Assembly (NCBI GenBank): GCA_964016885.1
Contig: OZ024750.1
Span: 35,278,001 to 35,342,000, forward strand
Source of the DNA: Eledone cirrhosa
Taxonomy: Eukaryota
Length of the DNA: 64,000 nt
Direction of reading: 5' to 3'
Positions 51,080-64,000 of this stretch are shown piece after piece. The notes under the pieces are model-generated. The model was not told the DNA's origin. It was given only the letters and a program-made list of their open reading frames with translations, and searched no databases. The translations under genes and the position numbers were made by a program. Position 1 is the first letter of the stretch; each line of letters starts with the position of its first letter.

Positions 51080-54000
51080 TCTGTCTCTATATGGCTGTGT
51101 CTCTATATGGCTGTGTCTCTATATGGCTGTGTCTCTATATGACTGTGTCTCTATATGGCTGTGTCTCTATATGGCTGTCTATATATGGCTATGTCTAAAT
51201 ATGGCTGTGTCTCTATATGGCTGTGTCTCTATATGGCTGTTTCTCTATATGGCTGTGTCTCTATATGGCTGTTTCTCTATATAGCTGTGTCTCTATATAG
51301 CTGTGTCTATATATGGTTGTGTCTCTATATGGCTGTGTCTCTATATGGCTGTCTATATATGGCTGTGTTTCTATATGGCTGTGTCTCTATATGGCTGTGT
51401 CTCTATATGGCTGTGTCTCTATATGGCTGTGTCTCAATATGGCTGTGTCTCTATATGGCTGTGTCTCAATATGGCTGTGTCTCTATATGGCTGTGTCTCA
51501 ATATGGCTGTGTCTCTATATAGCTGTGTCTCTATATGGCTGTGTCTCTATATGGCTGTGTCTCTATATGGCTGTGTTTCTATATGGCTGTGTCTCTATAT
51601 GGCTGTGTCTCTATATGGCTGTGTCTCTATATGGCTGTGTCTCTATATGGCTGTGTCTTTATATGGCTGTGTCTCTATATGGCTGTGTCTCTATATGGCT
51701 GTGTCTCTATATGGTCGTGTCTCTATATGGCTGTGTCTCTATATGGCTGTGTCTCAATGTGGCTGTGTCTCTATATGGCTGTGTCTCAATATGGCTGTGT
51801 CTCTATATGGCTGTGTCTCTATATGGCTGTGTCTCTATATGGCTGTGTCTCTATATGGCTGTGTCTCTATATGGCTGTGTTTCTATATGGCTGTTTCTCT
51901 ATATGGCTGTGTCTCTATATGGCTGTGTCTCTATATGGCTGTGTCTCAATATGGCTGTGTCTCTATATGGCTGTGTCTCAATATGGCTGTGTCTCTATAT
52001 GGCTGTGTCTCAATATGGCTGTGTCTCTATATAGCTGTGTCTCTATATGGCTGTGTCTCTATATGGCTGTGTCTCTATATGGCTGTGTTTCTATATGGCT
52101 GTGTCTCTATATGGCTGTGTCTCTATATGGCTGTGTCTCTATATGGCTGTGTCTCTATATGGCTGTGTCTTTATATGGCTGTGTCTCTATATGGCTGTGT
52201 CTCTATATGGCTGTGTCTCTATATGGTCGTGTCTCTATATGGCTGTGTCTCTATATGGCTGTGTCTCAATGTGGCTGTGTCTCTATATGGCTGTGTCTCA
52301 ATATGGCTGTGTCTCTATATGGCTGTGTCTCTATATGGCTGTGTCTCTATATGGCTGTGTCTCTATATGGCTGTGTCTCTATATGGTTGTGTCTCTATAT
52401 GGCTGTGTCTCTATATGGCTGTGTCTTTATATGGCTGTGTCTCTATATGGCTGTGTCTCTATATGGCTGTGTCTCTATATGGCTGTGTCTCTATATGGTT
52501 GTGTCTCAATGTGGCTGTGTCTCTATATGGCTGTGTCTCTATATGGCTGTGTCTCTATATGGTTGTGTCTCAATGTGGCTGTGTCTCTATATAGCTGTGT
52601 CTCTATATGGCTGTGTCTATATATGGTTGTGTCTCTATATGGCTGTGTCTCTATATGGCTGTGTCTCTATATGGCTGTCTATATATGGCTATGTCTAAAT
52701 ATGGCTGTGTCTCGATATGGCTGTGTCTCTATATGGCTGTTTCTCTATATGGCTGTGTCTCTATATGGCTGTTTCTCTATATGGCTGTGTCTCTATATAG
52801 CTGTGTCTATATATGGTTGTGTCTCTATATGGCTGTGTCTCTATATGGTTGTGTCTCAATATGGCTGTGTCTAAATATGGCTGTGTCTCTATATGGCTGT
52901 GTCTATATATGGCTGTGTCGCTATATGGCTGTGTCTCAATATGGCTGTGTCTCTATATGGCTGTGTCTCAATATGGCTGTGTCTCAATATGGCTGTGTCT
53001 CAATATGGCTGTCTATATATGGCTATGTCTAAATATGGCTGTGTCTCTATATGGCTGTGTCTCTATATGGCTGTGTCTCTATATGGCTGTGTCTCAATAT
53101 GGCTGTGTCTCAATATGGCTGTGTCTCAATATGGCTGTCTATATATGGCTATGTCTAAATATGGCTGTGTCTAAATATGGCTGTGTCTCTATATGGCTGT
53201 GTCTATATATGGCTGTGTCGCTATATGGCTGTGTCTCAATATGGCTGTGTCTCTATATGGCTGTGTCTCAATATGGCTGTGTCTCAATATGGCTGTGTCT
53301 CAATATGGCTGTCTATATATGGCTATGTCTAAATATGGCTGTGTCTCTATATGGCTGTGTCTCTATATGGCTGTGTCTCTATATGGCTGTGTCTCAATAT
53401 GGCTGTGTCTCAATATGGCTGTGTCTCAATATGGCTGTCTATATATGGCTATGTCTAAATATGGCTGTGTCTCTATATGGCTGTGTCGCTATATGGCTGT
53501 TTCTCTATATGGCTGTGTCTCTATATGGCTGTGTCTCTATATGGCTGTGTCTCTATATAGCTGTGTCTATATATGGTTGTGTCTCTATATGGTTGTGTCT
53601 CAATATGGCTGTGTCTAAATATGGCTGTGTCTCTATATGGCTGTGTCTCTATATGGCTGTGTCTCTATATGGCTGTGTCTCAATGTGGCTGTGTCTCAAT
53701 GTGGCTGTGTCTCAATATGGCTGTGTCTATATATGGCTGTGTCGCTATATGGCTGTGTCTCAATATGGCTGTCTATATATGGCTATGTCTAAATATGGCT
53801 GTGTCTCTATATGGCTGTGTCTCTATATGGCTGTTTCTCTATATGGCTGTGTCTCTATATGGCTGTGTCTCTATATGGCTGTGTCTCTATATGGCTGTGT
53901 CTATATATGGTTGTGTCTCTATATGGCTGTGTCTCTATATGGCTGTGTCTCTATATGGCTGTGTCTCTATATGGCTGTGTCTCTATATGGCTGTGTCTCT

Positions 54001-54893
54001 ATATGGCTGTGTCTATATGGCTGTGTCTCTATATGGCTGTGTCTCAATATGGCCGTGTCTCTATATGGCTGTGTCTCTATATGGCTGTGTCTCTATATGG
54101 CTGTGTCTCTATATGGCTGTGTCTCTATATGGCTGTGTCTCTATATGGCTGTGTCTCTATATGGTTGTGTCTCTATATGGCTGTGTCTCTATATGGCTGT
54201 GTCTCAATGTGGCTGTGTCTCAATGTGGCTGTGTCTCAATATGGCTGTGTCTCTATATGGCTGTGTCTATATATGGCTGTGTCTCTATATGGCTGTGTCT
54301 CTATATGGCTGTGTCTCAATGTGGCTGTGTCTCTACATGGCTGTGTCTAAATATGGCCGTGTCTCTATATGGCTGTGTCTCTATATGGATGTGTCTCAAT
54401 GTGGCTGTGTCTCAATGTGGCTGTGTCTCAATATGGCTGTGTCTCTATATGGCTGTGTCTATATATGGCTGTGTCTCTATATGGCTGTGTCTCTATATGG
54501 CTGTGTCTATATATGGCTGTGTCTCTATATGGCCGTGTCTCTATATGGCTGTGTCTCTATATGGCTGTGTCTCAATATGGCTGTGTCTCAATGTGGCTGT
54601 GTCTCTATATGGCTGTGTCTCTATATGGCTGTGTCTCAATGTGGCTGTGTCTCTATATGGTTGTGTCTCTATATGGCTGTGTCTCTATATGGCTGTGTCT
54701 CTGTATGGCTGTGTCTCAATGTGGCTGTGTCTCTATATGGCTGTGTCTTTATATGGCTGTGTCTCTATATGGCTGTGTCTCTATATGGCTGTGTCTCTGT
54801 ATGGCTGTGTCTCAATGTGGCTGTGTCTCAATGTGGCTGTATCTCTATATGGCTGTGTCTCAATGTGGCTGTGTCTCAATGTGGCTGTGTCTT
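51080..54893. repeat. 16-bp minisatellite, about 238 copies, with higher-order blocks
   Basis: Unit atggctgtgtctctat; variant patterns recur at 512-bp and 300-bp offsets. Confidence 0.98.
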
Positions 54894-54947
54894 GGATTTG
54901 AAGGTCTGTGTGAGGGACATCAGAACAAACCATATATATATATATAT

Positions 54948-55288
54948 ATCATCATCATCATTATTTTTACATTCGCTTTTTCCCTGCTTGCAAGGGTGGG
55001 ACGGGAACTGACTCTGGCTTGATTTCTATAGCTGGATGCTCTTCCTAACACCAACCTCATTAACAGTGTGGGCTGGGTGCTTTTTTGTTGTGGCATCTCC
55101 ACAACCACTTTACAGTGGAATGATAGGGACCCAAGTCCTATCATCTCATTTCTACAGCTGCGTAAACTGGTGCAATGTGAAATAAAGTGTCTTGCTCAAG
55201 GAAACAACACATCACGCGGTCTGAGAATTGAACTCACAACCTTTCGATTGCAAGTCCAATGCTCTAACCACTAAGTCATGTGCCTCCA
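54948..55288 (-). mobile_element. Full-length SINE-A
   Basis: Reverse complement of the 9151 family. Confidence 0.9.
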
Positions 55289-55990
55289 TGTATATATATA
55301 TATATATATATATATTATTGAAATCAGTGGGGTGGTTGAATAACTCCATAAATATCAACTGTTGAATAGAGTTTGATTAAAGAGAAGCACGCACACATAC
55401 ACACACACAAACAGATACATAAACACTCATACACATACACACACTCATGTACACATACACTCACAAGTACACGGACGCACACACACACACATACACACAC
55501 ACACACTGAAGCACACATACACATACACACAGACCAGACTGTATGACACTTACATACAAACCAAATTGCTGTAGTCAGACTTCATCGATGGATTCAGAAG
55601 TTCTGTGGCAGCTGTGATGTAGAGGCAAGCATGGTGTGTTAGATGTGTAATGTTAGTCATGCCTGATCTATAGTATGGTTCAATTGAGAGGAAAACTGGC
55701 TATAATGTGATTCAGTTGTGATATACAAGATATATACAAGAGAGAAGACTGTGCTGGTATCGACATGTGATCTTCTCAGAAGATGTTAGCTACATAAAGA
55801 AATGTTGAGTGATTAAAGTTGATGTAACTTGTGAATGATGAAGACAAAGTGGTGAAGATGGAGCTGTCCTTCCCCCTCTCTGTCTTTCTTTCATTGCTTA
55901 ATTCTCTTTTTTCCTTTTCTTCTTTTTTCTTTTGTTTCATTTAAATATTTTTTTTACTATTTTTTATGATAGTAATAATAATAATCTCTC

Positions 55991-56067
<77 letters not shown>

Positions 56068-56071
56068 GCAC

Positions 56072-56116
<45 letters not shown>

Positions 56117-56276
56117 AAAAAAACATGAGAAGAAAGAAGAATACTGCGTGGTTGCACATGGGTTACATATGATAAAATTAGTCCCTCGTCAGTGATTTGC
56201 CAACCATCATTGATATTTCATCGCATTAAAAATCATATACTTCATTCAGGTTGGTGCGAGCAATAACTAAAAAAAC

Positions 56277-56375
<99 letters not shown>

Positions 56376-56880
56376 AATCTTAAAAAAAAAATTAAATTTA
56401 CAACCCATCACTGAGATGACAAAAGACCATGATGATTGGTGACATGTGCAGGTATGGCTATATGGTTAATAATGTGAATACCAAATTAATTGCTCTGTTT
56501 AGTTTAATTAACTAAATATCAGGAATTGATGTCTCTAAAGTGGCCTGCTATTGTCCTCAAACAACTTGTCACTTTGACCTCCTTAGGTTCAGAAGTGAGT
56601 CTCTAATTTGATTGGTTCTTCTCTTGCAACTCTTGTCACATTGATGTGACGTCACCAGTCTTGGTCTTTTCTATCAACATTCTGAGTTCAAATCCTACCA
56701 AGGTCACAGTTACCTTTCATCTTTATTGTGTCAATAAAATATAGCACCAGTAATTCACTGGGGTTGATTTAATCAACTTTCAGTTTCTCCCAAAATTGTT
56801 GGCCTTGTGCCTAAAGTAGAAACAATTATTACTAAGGGCGGTGAATTGGCAGTATCGGTAGAGGGTCGGATATGCTTTCC

Positions 56881-58263
56881 AGCATAGTTACGTCCCTTTA
56901 TGATCTGAGTTCAAATCCCGCCGAGGTTGACTTTGCCTTTCATCCTTACGGGGTCGATAAAATAAAGTACCAGTAATGTACTGGTTAATTGCTGGCCTTG
57001 TGCCAAAAGTAGAAAACAATTATTACCACAAGAAGTATTGTTGTTCTTAACTTCCCTCTGACAATTCCTGCAGTGACATTTGTGTCACGTTATATCAACC
57101 CTAGTCCTTTTCATGCACAACATTGGTGGCATGAAAAGGGGACAATTACTAGCTTATCTTTCAACCTTGCCTGGCTCTGCTCCCTATACATGTATTCCAT
57201 GTAAATATGTGTTCCATTAAACATGTATTTCATTGAACATGTATAGAAATGATCGACTTTCGTCAAATCGGACCGAGGAAACAATGTTTCCGTTGGTCTT
57301 TCCAATTGCTAATACTATCTATCGGTCGCAACTCCAGGTAGAAGGAGCAACGTGAAATAAAGTGTCTTGCTCAAGGACATAACGCATCGCCTGGTCCAGG
57401 AATCGAACTCACAACCTTACGATTGCGAATCCAATTCTCTAACCACTCAGCCACACGCCTTCACATGTATGGACAGCCACACGCCTTGAACATGTATGGA
57501 CAGGTTAATATGTTGAAATGTTGATAAACAAATGTAGCATACCACTTATAAATAGAGCATTGAGTAGGATTTCTTTGGCATCAATATTATCATAATCATC
57601 GTTGTCTTTTAATGTCTGCTTTCCCTGCTAACAAGTAGTTGCCGGGTCTACATAGACCAAGTCAGTACTGAAGTGGGCTCTTGACCTCCCAGACAGGCCA
57701 AGGGGTCTGCATTTCACTTACATATGGTCATACGTTCTATCAAGTGGTGTGAAGAAGTTCTGTCTTTTGACACAAACTGAAGGGTCCTCCGAACAAGTTG
57801 TGTGGCAAGTTTTCTATAGCTGGATGTCCCTCCTATTACCAACCACTATATGTTTTGTAAAAGCCTGGTTCTGCACCAGGAAAAATCTTGTTTCAGTCTA
57901 TGTTGATAGATTATGGTGGGGTTACATTGGAGGACACTCTCTAGGGAGCAGAGCCAGGCAAGGTTGAAAGATAAGCTAGTAATTGTCCATGCAGCAAGTG
58001 TCCCCTTTTCATGCCACCAATCTTGCGCATGAAAAGGACTAGGGTTGATATAACGTGACACAAATGTCACTGCAGGAATTGTCAGAGGGAAGTTAAGAGC
58101 AACAATACTTTCTGTGGTAATAATTGTTTTCTACTTTTGGCACAAGGCCAGCAATTAACCAGTACATTACTGGTACTTTATTTTATCGACCCCCGTAAGG
58201 ATGAAAAGCAAAGTTAACCTCGGCGGGATTTGAACTCAGATTGTAAAGGGACGTAACTATGCT
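56881..58263. repeat. ~310-bp inverted repeat (56881-57187 / 57942-58263) including a SINE-B part
   Basis: Unique segment attaccac..gctccctat is repeated in reverse, with a few mismatches and an insertion in the right arm. Confidence 0.88.
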
Positions 58264-58655
58264 CGAACACGTATTTACATGGACTACATGTGTTTAATGA
58301 AATACATCTGTTTAATGGAACACGCATTTACATGGAACACGTATTTACATGAAATACATGTGGTTAATGAAATACATGTGTTTAATGGAACACGCATTTA
58401 CATGGAACATGTATTTACATGGAATACATGTGTTTAATGGAACACGTATTTACATGGACTACATGTGTTTAATGAAATACATCTGTTTAATGGAACACGC
58501 ATTTACATGAAACATGTATTTACATGAAATACATGTGTTTAATGAAATACATGTGTTTAATGGAACATGCATTTACATGGAACATGTATTTACATGGAAT
58601 ACATGTGTTTAATGGAACACGTATTTACATGTTATACATGTGTTTAATGGAATAC
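58264..58655. repeat. Composite minisatellite (atttacatggaa / gtgtttaatggaacac subunits)
   Basis: Direct reading; reverse-complement seed at 57188-57243. Confidence 0.9.
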
Positions 58656-59729
58656 AACTTTCTTGAGTCTTATAAAACCATTTTTCATTTTTTCTCTTCG
58701 TTTTTTGTTAATTTACACTACCTTAACAGATTTGAAATTAATACTGGCAATATATGCTTAACGAGATCATTTCTCTTGCATTTAAAGTACCTTTTAATTA
58801 AATTTGGGTTTAATATTTCAATATAATTTCATTGATCACATATTTTATTTTAAAATGCTCATCTAATCTATTGTAACAATAATTACCAAGAAACTTTTAC
58901 ATATGAGGAAAAATTATAATTTAATCTCTAGTTTTGAGGCAATAATAAAAATAATATATTAGTTTTATTACTATAACAGGATTTTGGTTGAGTAGACTCA
59001 CAGTCTGAAATTTCATGTTTTATTCCCTAGAGTTGTTTAAGCTAGAATATTATGGTTCAGATAAAAGTAAAAGAGGAAATGATCTATGAGAAGAATTTTC
59101 ACTAACAATGAGATGTGGTGCCACATTTTCTATAATGGTTTGAGAGAAATCAATGTTTACATTGAAAATATCTACATTACACTTGTATAATCTTTATAAA
59201 ACAGTTCAAATTAATGATAATATTTCAGCTGCAGCTTGCTACACTATAATTTTCTAATTTTGTCAACAGTAAAATTATTAAAAAACAAACATTTTTTGCT
59301 AGTTAGTCCCCGTATTACCATTGACATCAACATAGTAAAAAGGGATTCTAATAGTCCTATAATATGGTGTGGTCCCCTCTTGAGAGATTTGTAGGGACAT
59401 TATATTGACATACAGCATTTCTAGTTTTTTTTATTAGTTTTTTTTTTGGGGGGGGGGGGGTTAAACCTGGCAGAACCCATCCATCCCCAGGTGGTCTGAA
59501 AAAAACTGATTTCTTCCAAGAAGGATAGAGGGAGTGAGAGTGAGAGAGGAAGTGAGAAAGAGATATAGAGAAAGAATTGACCTCAATACTAAAGTAGTAC
59601 TTTTTTTATCGACCTTGAATAGATAAAAGGCAAAGTTGACCTCGAGGGGATTGGAACTCAAATAGCAGAGAGCTGAAACAGATACCACAAACACTCTATC
59701 CGACATCGTAATGATTCTACCAATTAGCC

Positions 59730-60100
59730 ACCACATAGTACTACAATATATAGTACAATATATAGAACACCACATAGTACTACAATATATAGTACAATAT
59801 ATAGTACACCACATAGTACTACAATATATAGTACAATATATAGTACACCACATAGTACTACAATATATAGTACAATATATAGTACACCACATAGTACTAC
59901 AATATATAGTACAATATATAGTACACCACATAGTACTACAATATATAGTACAATATATAGTACACCACATAGTACTACAATATATAGTACAATATATAGT
60001 ACACCACATAGTACTACAATATATAGTACAATATATAGTACACCACATAGTACTACAATATATAGTACAATATATAGTACACCACATAGTACTACAATAT
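59730..60100. repeat. 39-bp minisatellite, about 9.5 copies
   Basis: Unit caccacatagtactacaatatatagtacaatatatagta. Confidence 0.96.
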
Positions 60101-60199
60101 ATTCCAGAGTTCTGATGAATCAGAGCCAATAGCATTAATACAGTAAATACAAAGAATTTATTTGATCTCATTAGTCAGTTTACTTTCTATTATTTATGC

Positions 60200-60790
60200 T
60201 ATTGGCAGTACCGGTAGAGGGTCGAATGCCATGCTTTGATGCATAGAGTTACGGCCCTTTCCAATCTGAGTTCAAATCCCGCCGAGGTTAACTTTGTCTT
60301 TCATCCTTACGGGGGTCGATAAAATAAAGTACCAGTAATGCACTGGGTAATTGCTGGCCTTGTGCCAAAAGTAGAAACAATTATTTATGCTATTGGCAGT
60401 ACCGGTAGAGGGTCGAATGCTATGCTTTGATGCATAGAGTTACGGCCCTTTCCAATCTGAGTTCAAATCCCGCCGAGGTTAACTTTGTCTTTCATCCTTA
60501 CGGGGGTCGATAAAATAAAGTACCAGTAATGCACTGGGTAATTGCTGGCCTTGTGCCAAAAGTAGAAACAATTATTTATGCTATTGGCAGTACCGGTAGA
60601 GGGTCGAATGCTATGCTTTGATGCATAGAGTTACGGCCCTTTCCAATCTGAGTTCAAATCCCACCGAGGTTAACCTTGTCTTACATCCTTACAGCGTTGA
60701 TAAAATAAAGTACCAGTAATACACTGGGGACAATTTAATCGACTTTCTCCTCCCAAAACATTTTGGCCTTGTACCTATAGTAGAAATCAT
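60200..60790 (+). mobile_element. SINE-B tandem trimer (191-bp period)
   Basis: Starts at 60201, 60392 and 60583. Confidence 0.92.
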
Positions 60791-60998
60791 TATTTATTCT
60801 GTCAATAAAATAAAGTACCAGTAATGTACTTAGGTCAATTTAATGAACTTCCCCTCTCTCAAAATTATTGGGCTTGTGCCTAAATCAGACACCATTACTT
60901 ATACTGTGAATGGTGGTGGGTTGGTAGAGCATCAGACACCATGCTTCGTGGTATAGAGTTACAACACTTTATGTTCTGATTTTAAATACTGCTGAAGT

Positions 60999-61610
60999 TA
61001 GTGTGGTGTTGTGTGGTGTGCTGTGGTCTGGTGTAGTTTGGTGTCCTGTAGTGTGGTGTGGTGTGTGGTGTGGTGTAGTTTGGTGTGGTGTAGTGTAGTG
61101 TAGTTTGGTATGGTGTGGTCGGGTGTGGTGTTGTCAGCTGTAGTGGTGTGGTGTGGTGTGGTGTGGTGTGTGGTGTGGTGTGGTGTAGTGTGGTGTGGTG
61201 TGTGGTGTAGTGTAGTGTGGTGTGGTGTAGTGTAGTGTGGTGTGGTGTAGTGTGGTGTAGTTTGGTGTGGTATAGTGTGGTGTGTGGTGTAGTGTGGTGT
61301 GGTGTAGTTTGGTGTGGTGTAGTGTAGTGTAGTGTAGTTTGGTATGGTGTGGTCGGGTGTGGTGTTGTCAGCTGTAGTGGTGTGGTGTGGTGTGTGGTGT
61401 GTGGTGTGGTGTGGTGTGGTGTGGTGTGGTGTTGTCATCTATAGTGGTGTGGTGTGGTGTTGTCAGCTGTAGTGGTGTAGTGTTGTGTGGTGTTGTCAGC
61501 TGTAGTGGTGTGGTGTGGTGTTGTCAGCTGTAATGGTGTAGCGTGGTGTGGTGTTGTCAGCTGTAGTGGTGTGGTGTAGTGTGTTCAGCTGTAGTGGTGT
61601 GGTGTTGTCA
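60999..61610. repeat. (GTGTG/GTGTA)n pentanucleotide-based repeat
   Basis: Direct reading. Confidence 0.93.
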
Positions 61611-62711
61611 GTAGGAGTGGCAATGATCTAACTTCCAGTTGTAAACCAACATAACTGATGTTAAGCTAGTTTATGTTTGTGTATTCACATAAGTGTGTGC
61701 TTGTCTAAAATAACTTGAGTTTATTTAAGTACCTAAATATATTTGTAGCAATGTCCTCCTTTGCCATTTACTTATGTTTCTACGCATATCTGTGAATCAA
61801 ATTACGGTGGTGTGTCAAGTAGATAAAAGCAACCTTGTAATTATTGAAATTTGAGAGATAAATAGCTGAAATTAAAGTGAGTCTCCAGATTCTTAATTTA
61901 AACTGCTGAATATTATAACTATTGATGTTAATTGTAAATAGATTGTTTAGCTGCTGTTGTATACAGCTGCTAGATGGAATAAAAATAAGCTAATTTGGCA
62001 GAAGCTGCAAAAACCAAATATTCCTACCCTGTTAAAGAAAGAATTTGATTTGTAACATTATGTTAAGGAGACTAACAATACAGCTGTCTGGTGCTCTGTT
62101 TGAAGTAGATATTGTAATAATATTAGGACAAACATACGAGAGAAACAAGACAAATATACTCTCTCGTGTAACAAAGCTTAGTTTAGTATTTCTCCATAGT
62201 GTGTATTATTAAGTGAATGTGAAGGATAATTCCATACTTGACCTGGGATTTCTAGACTGGATGTTAAACTTCAACAAAGCTCTCAGGTTACTACATGTCA
62301 ATGACAGAAACAAAGATCATTTACTATTAGGAAAATAGATTTTTGGAGACCGATACCGACGTTGTAATTGAGATGAGAAGTTTTTGAGAAAAAAAAATGC
62401 TTTATTTCTGTATCATTTCTGTTTGAATAACAAACTGATTGTTTTTTCTGACTGTAATTAGATCTAACAAAGTATTTTGTTTCAGTATTTTACTGTATAA
62501 TTGAAAAGAAATTTGAATAAAGTCTGAAAGTAGAAGACTTTGGAAGTTGGTTTCTAAAGAATTTCGAGAAAGAAATACATTACAGCTTGTGGTATCAGTT
62601 GTACTGGTTGACCATATACCAAGTAATGATATATCCAAATGTTTTCTATGCTAATAGTTAGGATTAAGATGAACAGTTTCTGGAGTAATGGAGAAAAGAA
62701 ACTAGTGGGGC

Positions 62712-62905
62712 TTGTCCGGCCACTTCTTCTTTGTATCGGTTGCTGTCAAGACCTCAGGCGTCCTCAGACCCCATACAGCTGAACTCCTCCATAAAATGAG
62801 ACCGTCAGTAGCCTGTCCGAAGAAGAAGCCCAATGAGTCGGGGTGGTTGTTACAGCGGGTCTCACTGGCCATTTGTCCGCGGAAATGCCTTTGTAGGTTT
62901 GTCTG
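62712..62905 (+). mobile_element. Relic RLE C-terminus of a CRE-like non-LTR retrotransposon
   Basis: FFFVSVAVKTSGVL...AELL...WLLQRVSLAI, then after a frameshift VRGNA, matching the FvP.A.ET.G...QRlS.AiqRGNA motif. Confidence 0.65.
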
Positions 62906-64000
62906 TGGGGCACAGGTTTAGAACTTGCCACCCTCTCTTTCTTCTGTGGCCTAATAGTCATTGTTCTTTCCCTCCTTTTCCTCTCACTTATAGCATTTAT
63001 AGTCCTTTGCTATGCAGCCAGATCTGCCCATCTTTACCCCTTCCCTCCTATTTTGATTACTTAGTTTTGTTTTTATCTTTTTTTTTTCATATTTCTATCA
63101 TTGTATAACTTCTGTTTGTAAAATATAGTTGACATAATATGTTTATATTTGGAGAAAATATTACTAAATGTTGCTTCTTAGAAACTACTCTCACTCTCAA
63201 TGTACACCAGCACCCTGTGTCCCCCCCCCCCCATCCATCTGCACCTCTCATCACCCTGTGACATACTTTCCCCACATCACCATGTCAACTCTCACACCAA
63301 TCACATCAATTGTCACTCACTAAGGCTATACCTTTCATCCTTCCTAACTCCTTATTCCACTCCCCCCCCCCAATACACACTCCCATGTGGTAGAGAAGGC
63401 ATTGATGGTCAAGTCTATGACCATCAACCTCCCCAGTGGCATTGCCATGATGAAACACATCAAGCACACTCTGTAAAGTAGATGGTGTTAGGGAGGGCTT
63501 CCACCTTTAGAAACCATGCCAAAATTGGTTGAAAGACCAACGCCATTGTGTCAAGGGCATGGCAATCTCTTTAGTTTTGGTGATCTATATGATAAATTAA
63601 ATACACCCAGTACACTCTGTAAAGTGGTTGGTAATAGGAAAGGCATCCAGCCATAGAAAATGTGCCAAACAAAGGGCCTTCAGCTTTGTCAAAGACATAA
63701 AAACCTCCCTAGAGCAGGGGCTACAATAAAATAAACTTAGAAGAGTGCAGTAATGTAAGTAAAATACTAGCTCCTGGCCCTAGCCATCCACCCCAACTAA
63801 GGGTTAAATAGCCTCACCAACCTGCAACTGGCCAAACCTGATGAATACAGCTACACCTCTGAAGACATCACCAAAACCAAACAGAAAGTGGTAGAGATCA
63901 ACCAGGGAGAGGTTTCTCCAAGAGAAGTCAGAAAGCTCTGAATTGGATTGGATACATATATATATATCATCATCATCATCATCATACATATATATATATA

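Noticed and set aside
51155-55011. Multiple overlapping 200-730 aa Cys/Tyr-rich ORFs
   Set aside because: A 16-bp unit lacking stops; all three frames are open, so there is no coding signal
59461-60171. ORF with signal-peptide-like start MRSNKFFVFTVLMLLALIHQNSG and Cys-rich repeats
   Set aside because: The body is a 39-bp minisatellite running into an antisense SINE, with no splice donor after the leader; likely chance, though not formally excluded
61780-62640. Minus-strand open frames of about 70-80 codons
   Set aside because: No consistent splice sites or recognisable motifs
63853-63897. CTGAAGA...GAAA spacing
   Set aside because: No stem II pairing; chance match

Overview
AT-rich, repeat-dense animal genomic DNA. 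It is probably cephalopod/octopus-like, inferred from the SINE/RTE repertoire and microsatellite load. No host protein-coding gene can be called with confidence: nearly all long ORFs in the track are read-throughs of tandem repeats. The window contains RTE-clade LINE fragments (two with a PHD-like Cys/His insert after the RT YADD motif), a Tx1/L1-type 3' end, two restriction-like-endonuclease retroelement relics, two tRNA-derived SINE families in many copies, MITEs (hAT-, mariner-, pogo-, piggyBac-like), two non-autonomous Helitron-like elements, and large minisatellites, some born from SINE or MITE subrepeats. The main discovery is at least 15 minimal type-I hammerhead ribozyme motifs (stem I - CUGANGA - stem II - GAAA - palindromic stem III - UH - stem I, often followed by AATAAA) from about 10 unrelated sequence families. 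Most sit in short non-coding elements inserted at (TA)n tracts, and many are in fold-back palindromes whose turn lies at or just 5' of the ribozyme. This matches Penelope-like/retrozyme ends and suggests a TA-targeted, ribozyme-processed retroposition route with snap-back second-strand synthesis that repeatedly builds DNA hairpins. Ribozyme activity and the mechanism are inferences; the motifs and palindromes are read directly from the sequence.
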